A stretch of 64,000 nt of DNA, taken from positions 23,502 to 87,501 of the forward strand of contig JAPOLY010000002.1 in the NCBI GenBank assembly GCA_029976805.1, given 5' to 3'. Source of the DNA: a bacterium (GTDB lineage: Bacteria > Planctomycetota > UBA8108 > UBA1146). Below, piece after piece: positions 53,850 to 61,566 of this stretch. The translations under genes and the position numbers were made by a program. The notes under the pieces were generated by a model that saw nothing but the letters and a program-made list of their open reading frames with translations, was not told where the DNA came from and did not search any database. Numbering within the stretch: the first letter of the stretch is position 1; every line of letters starts with the position of its first letter.

Positions 53850-55019
53850 TTACTTACTCTTTTCAGTGGCCTGTTCGGCTTTCGCTTCCTGAACCAGCAA
53901 CTCGATGGCGTCATCCATTTCTTTGCCACGGACATCCTTGTAACGAATGATTCCCTTGGCGTCGATCAGGTAGATCGTCGGCCAACCGGTCACGTTCCAA
54001 CGCGTTGAAATCGGTCCGCCCGGACTCCCATCGTAAAAACTGAGCCAGTTGATCTTGTTTTTCTCGACCACTTCACGGGCTTTTTCAATGGAGGAATCCG
54101 AGTTGATTCCGACGATGGCAAAAGGATCTGCAGAGTATTTCTCCACGAGCGACCGCTCGTGTGGGTACATGGCCCTGCAGGGACCTCACCAATCACCCCA
54201 GAAATCAAGCAGGATCACCTTGCCTCGGAAAGAGGACAGCTGCATCAGCTTGCCGGAGATCTCCTTGCCGATGATTTCGGGTGCGACACAACCGACCTGA
54301 AGATTCTTCATTTCGAAAAGGTCGCCTTTGACCTTGTCGGCATAAACGGATCTCCCGTAAGAGACATCTCCATACTCATCCTGGACCCTTTTGAGCAGAG
54401 CCAGGCCCTCACTGCGGGTTTCTTCCTTCTTGCCCTTGATCTTGGCAAGAGAATAACAGCCGGCGGCCTGAACTTCCCTGTGAGGAGAGTCACTGACGAC
54501 CACGCTGAGAAAATCGCACATGGCTGGCGCCATGGCCTCCGAGCAGTAGTGGGAGTAGCGCAAGACGTCGGCCAGTTTCTCGTTCTTCAGGTAGTGAGTC
54601 TTGAGCGCCGACATGGCCTTTTCAGCCATCCAACCGGCAGATTCACTTCTGCCAGCCAAAGCCAGCATTTGGTCGCAAGCACCGAGGGCTGCTTCTGTCC
54701 CCGCATACTTGTCGATGGTTTTGAGCATCTCCGGGCCGACGACCATTACTGGATCGAGTGCCGGATCGAGTTCGATCTTCTCCATCTCTTTATCGCTGAG
54801 ACCTTTTTCCCGAGCCTCTGTCAGGGGCTTGTAATAAGCCTCCTGAGCCTTATTCATTTTTTTGTTGATCTCTTCAAATGCCTTTTCAGCGGCCGCTTCC
54901 ATCTTTTCGTCTGCGACCCCCACTGAAACGGGGGAATAAGAGAAAGCCACTGCCGGACCCGACAGCATAAAAGCGATTACGAGACAAACGGTCCCGTATC
55001 GACGAAGACGAGGAATCAT
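53850..55019 (-). CDS. TlpA/ResA-like thiol-disulfide oxidoreductase, candidate selenoprotein (in-frame UGA at 54186..54188 read as Sec in a UxxC redox motif)
   Basis: Track ORFs 54186..55070 and 53850..54170 are in the same frame. Read-through gives ...GKVILLDFWGDW-U-GPCRAMYPHERSLVEKYSADPFAIVGINSD...GWPTIYLIDAKG, a canonical thioredoxin-fold W-C-G-P-C context with TGA at the first Cys. Neither half is a complete fold alone. Signal peptide MIPRLRRYGTVCLVIAFMLSGPAVAFS from 55019. Confidence 0.75.
54128..54185 (-). promoter_or_regulatory. SECIS-like stem-loop immediately 3' of the in-frame UGA
   Basis: In the mRNA, the lower stem pairs CUGCAGGG with CUCUGCAG. The upper stem CACGAGC/GCUCGUG (7 bp) closes a GGUC apical loop that starts 32 nt after the UGA. 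Confidence 0.6.
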
Positions 55020-55112
55020 GGGATACCCTTCCAATTTTGACCTTCCGGTCGATCCACATCCGTGGATCAAACTGAAAACAAAGATACCACAGTGAAATAA
55101 ATTGGCAGGGTC

Positions 55113-55232
55113 CTATTTGGAGCAGGGTCCACAATCTCCTCCGGACGCGCGGCTCCGCTTCCGGACCAGCAACAGGAGAGCGATAACTGCGAGGAGAGTC
55201 ACGATCCAGAATTGGGGATCGGATTCAAACAT
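55113..55232 (-). CDS. FeoB-associated Cys-rich small membrane protein (39 aa; below the ORF-track length cutoff)
   Basis: MFESDPQFWIVTLLAVIALLLLVRKRSRASGGDCGPCSK: one TM helix, a basic stretch and a C-terminal Cys pair. Starts 7 nt after the feoB stop. Confidence 0.6.
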   Translation of the reverse strand: MFESDPQFWIVTLLAVIALLLLVRKRSRASGGDCGPCSK

Positions 55233-55238
55233 GGATCC

Positions 55239-57182
55239 TCACTCCCACCCGAGAAGCAGAATCAGCATGCGCATGGCTGCAGCCATGCCCCAAGCCAGAA
55301 GGCTCATCCATGTCAACTGAAGGATCGCCCACTTCCATGCCCCGGACTCCTTACGAGTGACCGCAAGCGTGGGCAGGCATTGCATTGCCAGCACGAAAAA
55401 GACCAACAATCCAGCAGCCGACGAGGGCGTCAAAAGAGGCGAACCATCATCGCGCCTGGAGTTTCTGATCTTGTCCATCAAAGGTTCCGCCTCTGCCTCT
55501 TCACCGGTTCCCAATAGAACACTGGTTGAGGACACAAAAACTTCCCTGGCGGCAAAACTGGCCATGATCGAAATCGACAACTGCCAATCGGCTCCGATGG
55601 GTGCAAACACCGGCTCCACACTCTTGCCGATACGACCCAGGTAGGAAGCGGCTGTACTCTCTCGAGAAGCGAGAGAATCCGCTTCCTCGACGAGCGCTTC
55701 GGCTTCCTCTACAGATTCCACCGCTTCAGCTTTGGCTCGCAAATCGGCGACTGCTGAACTCTCCGTACTCTTGGGGTAGGTTCCCAACCACCAGAGAACA
55801 ATACACATCAGCAGAATGACGGTTCCCGCATTTTTCAGGAAGATCCAACCACGCTGGCAGGCGATTTTCAGGGAGTCCACCAATGACGGTCGCTGAAAGG
55901 GAGGCAGCTCGAGAACCAGATCGGGACTCGGCCCTGGCAACAGGAAACGCCGAACTATCCAGGCGCTGAAGACCGCTGCCAATGCTCCCAGCAGGTAACA
56001 CCCGGCAAAAGCCAATCCGGCAATGAAGGGATTTTCAGGAAAGAGCAACCCCACCAGTAATTGGTAAACCGGCAATCTGGCGGCGCAAGAGAGGAATGGA
56101 GCAACCAGAATCGCTGCCAGACGATCCTTGCGATCCGGAATCAAACGCGTGCACAAAATTCCCGGAATGGCACAGGCGTGACTCGACAACAAGGGAACGA
56201 AGGAATGCCCCGGCAGGCCGAACGGCCTCAGCCAACGATCCGCAACCAATGCGGCACGGGCCAGATAACCGGTTTCCTCCAAAATACTGATGAGGAAAAA
56301 CAGCAGCAAAACCTGAGGCAGGAAAATCAGTGTACCCGATACCCCACCGATGATTCCCTCGACGACGAGACTTCTGACCTCGCCTTCCGGCATGCTTGTA
56401 GAAACCCAATCCGCGATCAAAGCAAAGGTATTGTCGAGCCATTCCATGGGAATCTGGGCCAACCAGAACACACATCCAAAGAGCAGGCTCATGATGATGA
56501 AAAAGGTCGTCAGCCCCCAGAAGGGATGTAGCAGGAATCGATCGAGGCGATCCTCTTTTTCCCTTCTCTTTCGGGCCTCCTCTGGTCGAACCGGGCGTGT
56601 CACCGCTGCGACAGTATCGTCGACCCATTTCGAGTCGAGAACCGTATCCTGGGGACTCACGGGCCGCTCTGCCGCTGCCAGAATAAATTCTTTGAGGCCT
56701 GCATTTCGGTGAGCATGCCGATGTGCCAGTTCCAATACAGGGACCTGAAGCATCTCCTCCAAGCGCTGGAAGTCGATCTCAACGCCCCTGAGTCGTGCTT
56801 CATCGGTTCGGGTCACAATGACCGCATTGGGCGTTCCTTTTTGCATGCACTCGGCCAACAGGTTCATGTTTCTGCGCAAGCTGACCGCATCGATCACACT
56901 GACGATCAAGTCGGACTTTTGGGGGGCACCCAAATGTTGTTGGCAATGACGGGATTCGGGAAGGTCCAGTTGAAGCCCGTAGCATCCGGGGAGATCCGTG
57001 ACCTCTACATCGATGTCTCCCCAGCGATCCTTACCCACCAGCGATTCTGCAGTGATCCCGGGAAAATTGGAGACTCTGGCATTCCCCGTCACAAGGGCAT
57101 TGAAGAGGGTGGATTTTCCAACGTTGGGATTACCGGTAACAGAGATGCGGAGTGTTTTTCCGGATTGTTCTTGGTTCTTCAC
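55239..57182 (-). CDS. feoB: Ferrous iron transport protein B
   Basis: N-terminal G-domain GNPNVGKSTLFNAL and DLPG, followed by a polytopic membrane domain. About 650 aa. Confidence 0.9.
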   Translation of the reverse strand: MKNQEQSGKTLRISVTGNPNVGKSTLFNALVTGNARVSNFPGITAESLVGKDRWGDIDVEVTDLPGCYGLQLDLPESRHCQQHLGAPQKSDLIVSVIDAVSLRRNMNLLAECMQKGTPNAVIVTRTDEARLRGVEIDFQRLEEMLQVPVLELAHRHAHRNAGLKEFILAAAERPVSPQDTVLDSKWVDDTVAAVTRPVRPEEARKRREKEDRLDRFLLHPFWGLTTFFIIMSLLFGCVFWLAQIPMEWLDNTFALIADWVSTSMPEGEVRSLVVEGIIGGVSGTLIFLPQVLLLFFLISILEETGYLARAALVADRWLRPFGLPGHSFVPLLSSHACAIPGILCTRLIPDRKDRLAAILVAPFLSCAARLPVYQLLVGLLFPENPFIAGLAFAGCYLLGALAAVFSAWIVRRFLLPGPSPDLVLELPPFQRPSLVDSLKIACQRGWIFLKNAGTVILLMCIVLWWLGTYPKSTESSAVADLRAKAEAVESVEEAEALVEEADSLASRESTAASYLGRIGKSVEPVFAPIGADWQLSISIMASFAAREVFVSSTSVLLGTGEEAEAEPLMDKIRNSRRDDGSPLLTPSSAAGLLVFFVLAMQCLPTLAVTRKESGAWKWAILQLTWMSLLAWGMAAAMRMLILLLGWE

Positions 57183-57225
57183 TTACGCCCCCTGAAAAAG
57201 CACTGCTCAATCAGCCAGAAGAGTC

Positions 57226-58842
57226 TCAGCGCTGAGTGCGTCCGACAAAACGCGGCTGGCTCTCACCCTCAATCAGAATCACTGCGGAAGCATTCGGGCA
57301 GTTATTCAGGATCGATCGTGCCCCCTCTTGTCCGAGAAGAGCAACAGTGGTGCTCAAGGCATCCGCCTCGGTGGCACTGCTGGAAAGCACTGAAGTGGTC
57401 AGAATACGTCCTTGCGAAGAATTGTCGAGAAGTTGCACCAGGTGATCCCCGCGTTCATAGCACGCGGTGGTCGCCAGTGAGGAGCGAATCAGTGCAAGCT
57501 CATGAAGGACAGATTTGCCATCCCGGGGGTCGTGGATCCCCACAGCCCATGATTTTTCACCGGGGGGCGGATCGAGAGCCAGCAGTTGGCCTCCGAAATC
57601 GAGAAGAGCACGGGAGCAACCGTGAGACTCGAGTACGACGGCCGCACGATCGAGGGCATAACCCTTGCCGATTCCTCCCAAGTCGAGAATCAGACCGGGA
57701 CGCAACAGAGTGATCGTCTCCTTTTCCCGATCCACCTTGACGCTGCGGAAGCCATCCTTCTTCAGAGTCAAATCGAAGGCTCCACCACTCTCCCTGGACA
57801 TGGCGAGTGCTTTTTCGACGACCTCGATGGTTTCCCGGGCAACCTTGACCGGCTCTCCCACAGGTGCCGCTTCTACCCTCAAGACGTCGCTCCCCGCTTT
57901 CCAGCGGCTGTGCAACGATTCCAGGCGCTCTACTTCAGAATAAGCGGCTTCCACGGCCTTGAGTGCCTGCTCTCCGTAGACCTCCATCTTGAGGACGGTT
58001 CCCATGGCGGGACGAGCCCTCTCGACAGGTGCATCTTTATCTCCCAACCCTGATCTGAGCACAGAAACTTCCTCAGGGCCCGCAGCAGAAACCGGTTCCG
58101 CCGAGGCGGGTTCACCGTAAGCCAGAGATGAGCCGGAAAGAGATTGCCAAACCAGATCCAGATTCTGTTTCTGCGAAACCTCAACAGTCGCCATCGATCT
58201 TCGCACTGCGCGAACAGCCGCGCGGGCAGAGAGAGTCGCTCCTGAGAGATTACGGATTCCGCGGTGGAGCTTCAGCGACTTGCCGAGTTTTTTATTTCTG
58301 AACTGCCGGGTGAATCGCGGAGATTCAATCTCTTGGCCGATGTGCTCTCGGTAAACAAGAACCTGAAGGTCGAGGACACGAAGATCATTGTCGAGAGCAA
58401 CAAAGAAAGTGATGGGACGATACTTACCGACCTCATCGAGGATCACCACAGATCCCAGTCTGTTGCCTTGGGGAGAGGTGACCCGGAACAGGGTGGTCTG
58501 TTGGTCCCTGGTTCTCACCCTGCTGATCTCAACGATCTTCTTCTTCACTTCCCCTTCGACTGGAACATGACAGCGCTCCACGTGTACATCCGCACTCCAC
58601 AGATCTGCGATCAGATCCCTGCTGAAGAAGCCGGAGGTCTTTTCGGGGAGCGTCGTCTCAGTCGACACACCCGTCTCCGAAGAGACGGATTCAGATGTAC
58701 CTGGCCCAAGGGCCAGTGCCTGAGAAGAAACCGACAGAACCAACAGCAAACCCGCAACCAACCCGCGGTACCGGAAGCAGACCCGCGACTCGCGGATCTG
58801 TTCGGAATGCGTGCTGAAATCACTGCAGGAAACGGGGCTCAT
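57226..58842 (-). CDS. Secreted fusion protein: FMN-binding domain (RnfG/NqrC/NosR type) plus ApbE-like FAD:protein FMN transferase
   Basis: Signal segment RYRGLVAGLLLVLSVSSQALA. FMN_bind-like segment ending NLSGATLSARAAVRAVRRSM (SGAT flavinylation motif). ApbE-like MGTVLKMEVYG, FDLT, DLGGIGKGYALDRAA and ATEADALSTTV. The start at 58842 is preferred because the track TTG start at 58938 lies inside palindrome copy 2. Confidence 0.75.
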   Translation of the reverse strand: MSPVSCSDFSTHSEQIRESRVCFRYRGLVAGLLLVLSVSSQALALGPGTSESVSSETGVSTETTLPEKTSGFFSRDLIADLWSADVHVERCHVPVEGEVKKKIVEISRVRTRDQQTTLFRVTSPQGNRLGSVVILDEVGKYRPITFFVALDNDLRVLDLQVLVYREHIGQEIESPRFTRQFRNKKLGKSLKLHRGIRNLSGATLSARAAVRAVRRSMATVEVSQKQNLDLVWQSLSGSSLAYGEPASAEPVSAAGPEEVSVLRSGLGDKDAPVERARPAMGTVLKMEVYGEQALKAVEAAYSEVERLESLHSRWKAGSDVLRVEAAPVGEPVKVARETIEVVEKALAMSRESGGAFDLTLKKDGFRSVKVDREKETITLLRPGLILDLGGIGKGYALDRAAVVLESHGCSRALLDFGGQLLALDPPPGEKSWAVGIHDPRDGKSVLHELALIRSSLATTACYERGDHLVQLLDNSSQGRILTTSVLSSSATEADALSTTVALLGQEGARSILNNCPNASAVILIEGESQPRFVGRTQR

Positions 58843-58920
58843 CGACTTCTTCCTCTGATTGAAAGGGACGGTTTCGGGTTCCTTTTGCGGACCCGCCGAA
58901 AATAGAACTGATTTGGTACC

Positions 58921-58936
58921 GTTTGGCAACCCAAAC
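58921..58936. promoter_or_regulatory. Near-perfect palindrome GTTTGGCAACCCAAAC, candidate operator (copy 2 of 3)
   Basis: 79 nt upstream of the FMN-binding/ApbE start at 58842. Same 7-2-7 architecture as copies 1 and 3. Confidence 0.5.
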
Positions 58937-59060
58937 AAATGACTTCTTTTACTGCTTTTGATCAGATTTACCCAAATTCAGCCTTCAGACTCTCATTGCC
59001 CATATTTTGACAAGGATCCCCACTCCCACCCCGAAGGGCGAGAGTAGGGGAAAAAAGGGC

Positions 59061-60215
59061 TTAGAAGTAAGTCGCTGCTGAGAAGATGAAGGTTCCGTCG
59101 GGGTCCTCTGAACCCTCGATCGACTCCTGCTCGTAGTCGAATTTGAGAACCGTCTCATCCGTCGGTCGCATGTTGAAGCCGTAAGTCATACGGCTGGTCA
59201 CCGGGCCGGTGAGATCCTGCTCTTCCCAACGGATCGTCACAGCACAAGAGGAGTCATCCCCCCACAGGTTGGTGACGAAATCCGGGAAGAACTTTTTGGA
59301 GACTTCGATGGAAGTTGCGCTGATATCGTCGGGAACTCCACCGGCGATCGCCGCTGCGTCGCGGTCGATGGAGACATTCCCCAACTCAAAGTTCAGGATC
59401 GTCGCCCCCACTGCCTCAACCCAGCTGCCCAGATCGGTCGTAATATCGATGACGGTAATACTCAGATCGAGGTCACCGGCGTCATCCCAGGGACCAGTCC
59501 AATTTGAGAATCCAATTTCGGTTCCGAGCACAGGGCTGTAAGTGAAACGCCCCACAAAACTGGCGGGACGATCCCCTTTATTGGTTTTCAGGCTGGGACG
59601 TCCTCCACGAATACCGCTGGAAGTGTTGAAGTTGTACCCACCGGCACCGTCTTCACCCTGGAAACCGTTGACGGCATAGAACTCCATTCCCCAAGTTCCA
59701 TCATCCGCCCCCCACACTCCTCCCAAACCGGCACTGGTCATCGTTGAAGGAACGATAGAGCGGGCCACGAAAGGGCGGTTCGTCAACTGGCGCATGGGCG
59801 AGTCGTGGTAAAGGTTGGTGGAACCCAATGGGATCAGAATCGCTCCCGATCTGAGGGTCCAACCACCAAAATCCACATCGGCATAGGCGTATTCAACTTT
59901 GGTTTCACCATCACCTCTGGGAGCGCTGGCACCTCCATATTCGAATTCGATTTCGGCGGAGAAACTCACATTTTCGCTGATGTTCGCATCCAGCATTGGA
60001 ACCAGTCGATGCTGTTTGAAATCGAGACGATCACTGTTCATGAACAACTCGAGATCCAGGTATCCCCCCAGGCGAATATCCCGATCGCCTTCTGCCGCAG
60101 GGCGATTGTCGTAACGGTCAACCTGAGCTTCGAGAGCTCCAGAACTGGACAGAGTCAAAGCCAGTACACAGACCAAAAGTGTGATTCTGGTGCAGATCAC
60201 TTCGTTCGAAGGCAT
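59061..60215 (-). CDS. Outer-membrane beta-barrel porin-like protein
   Basis: Signal peptide ending SSGALEAQ, alternating amphipathic strands rich in G/Y/F/T, and a C-terminal aromatic residue (...SAATYF). Confidence 0.55.
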   Translation of the reverse strand: MPSNEVICTRITLLVCVLALTLSSSGALEAQVDRYDNRPAAEGDRDIRLGGYLDLELFMNSDRLDFKQHRLVPMLDANISENVSFSAEIEFEYGGASAPRGDGETKVEYAYADVDFGGWTLRSGAILIPLGSTNLYHDSPMRQLTNRPFVARSIVPSTMTSAGLGGVWGADDGTWGMEFYAVNGFQGEDGAGGYNFNTSSGIRGGRPSLKTNKGDRPASFVGRFTYSPVLGTEIGFSNWTGPWDDAGDLDLSITVIDITTDLGSWVEAVGATILNFELGNVSIDRDAAAIAGGVPDDISATSIEVSKKFFPDFVTNLWGDDSSCAVTIRWEEQDLTGPVTSRMTYGFNMRPTDETVLKFDYEQESIEGSEDPDGTFIFSAATYF

Positions 60216-60307
60216 TCTTTCGTTTCCTCTCTGAGCGGGGGCGAAATGGAACTATCGCACCTCAAGTAAAATCAGCATTCTGGCGTTGGTTATATAGCCA
60301 CTCTTGT

Positions 60308-60323
60308 GTTTGGCAAGCCAAAC
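60308..60323. promoter_or_regulatory. Palindrome GTTTGGCAAGCCAAAC, candidate operator (copy 3 of 3)
   Basis: Perfect 7-bp arms with a 2-bp spacer. 93 nt upstream of the porin start and 59 nt upstream of the divergent methyltransferase start. Confidence 0.5.
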
Positions 60324-60381
60324 AATTGAAATTGTCGCCAAAATACCTGAATTTTGTCAATTTCCCGCAAACCTCCATAGG

Positions 60382-61563
60382 ATGGAATCCATGAGGGATA
60401 TCTGGCAAAAACTGATCTCGGGTCAACTCGATTCTCTGCTCCAAATGGCGCAGGACACCCCTCAGGGTGACGTTGCAGCCATCTCCAGGTTAAGGCGACA
60501 TGGGTCTCTCGAAGAGGTCTCCGTGGTCCTTGAAGCTCTCGAGGCTCGCCGTCGCTCCCGGGGTCGGCTTCGTGAATCCCCATCATGGCTGATGGATCGT
60601 GAAGGCATGGAACAAGCCACCCGAACGACCGTCGCCGAGCACAAGGCACAGAGAATGCGATCTGCCATCGGCTCTGAAACTGTCATCGACCTCTGTTGTG
60701 GAATCGGCAGTGACACGGCAGCTCTCGCCCAATCCGGACCGGTGATCTACGTCGACCATGATCCGGTTCGGGTCGAATTGACCCGCTTCAATCTCACCCG
60801 GTCAGCGAAGAATCCCAGCAACTCACACCCTCTCGTTGCGGACGCAAAGTGCCTGCCCCTCCCCCCCTTGCCACTGCATGTCGATCCCGCACGCCGCGTC
60901 GATGGCCGCCGGGTTCACGACTTTGAAGGAATGGTGCCGGGACCTGAGATACTGAACAGACTGATCGAGAGACATCATTCCGTTGCATTGAAGTGCGGCC
61001 CCGGTATTTCGGTCGAGGATTTACCTCCCGGTGAGATCGAGTGGCTTCAGGATGGCAACGACCTCGTCGAAGCCACACTCTGGTGTGGAAATCTGGCCCA
61101 ATCAGCCAGACGCAGTGCAACACTTCTGCGCCAATCCCTGACGATCAGCGGTGAACAGGAACCTCTTCAACAGAGCAGCCTGAAAAATCCCGCCTTTCTG
61201 CACGAACCCTGTTCCGTCATCGAGCGCTCCGGATTGGTGTGCAAGGTTCAGGGAGAAGTCGCTGCCGGTGAATGGCATCCCGGCCTCGGCTGGCTCGCCG
61301 GTGAAGAAGAGAGAACCAGCCCCTGGTTTCGCAGTTTTGCAGTGGTCGCCCAGATGGGGTGGCACGAAAAGAAAATCATCGACTGGTTTCGCCAACAGGG
61401 GTGTTCACCTGCAAGCATCAAAACCCGGGGGGTGCAGGAAAATCCCTCACAGTTGATCAAACGCTTCAAGGGAGACCCGGGGCCGTGGATTCTCGCACTG
61501 CTCAGAAGAGGGCGTCAGATTGAAGCCTGCATCCTCAAAGAGCTGAATCCATTGGCAGGTTAA
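60382..61563 (+). CDS. Class I SAM-dependent methyltransferase (THUMP-like C-terminal domain type)
   Basis: SAM motif I VIDLCCGIGSDTAALA. Start MESMRDIW at 60382 is preferred over the track start at 60304. Confidence 0.65.
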   Translation: MESMRDIWQKLISGQLDSLLQMAQDTPQGDVAAISRLRRHGSLEEVSVVLEALEARRRSRGRLRESPSWLMDREGMEQATRTTVAEHKAQRMRSAIGSETVIDLCCGIGSDTAALAQSGPVIYVDHDPVRVELTRFNLTRSAKNPSNSHPLVADAKCLPLPPLPLHVDPARRVDGRRVHDFEGMVPGPEILNRLIERHHSVALKCGPGISVEDLPPGEIEWLQDGNDLVEATLWCGNLAQSARRSATLLRQSLTISGEQEPLQQSSLKNPAFLHEPCSVIERSGLVCKVQGEVAAGEWHPGLGWLAGEEERTSPWFRSFAVVAQMGWHEKKIIDWFRQQGCSPASIKTRGVQENPSQLIKRFKGDPGPWILALLRRGRQIEACILKELNPLAG

Positions 61564-61566
61564 GTC

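Noticed and set aside
56709-57713. 334-aa plus-strand ORF spanning the feoB/ApbE junction, and the similar antisense ORFs 42506..43291, 20873..21691 and 19535..20170
   Set aside because: They overlap strongly supported genes (feoB, pdxS, the FeS subunit and the Mo subunit) on the other strand and have no motifs.
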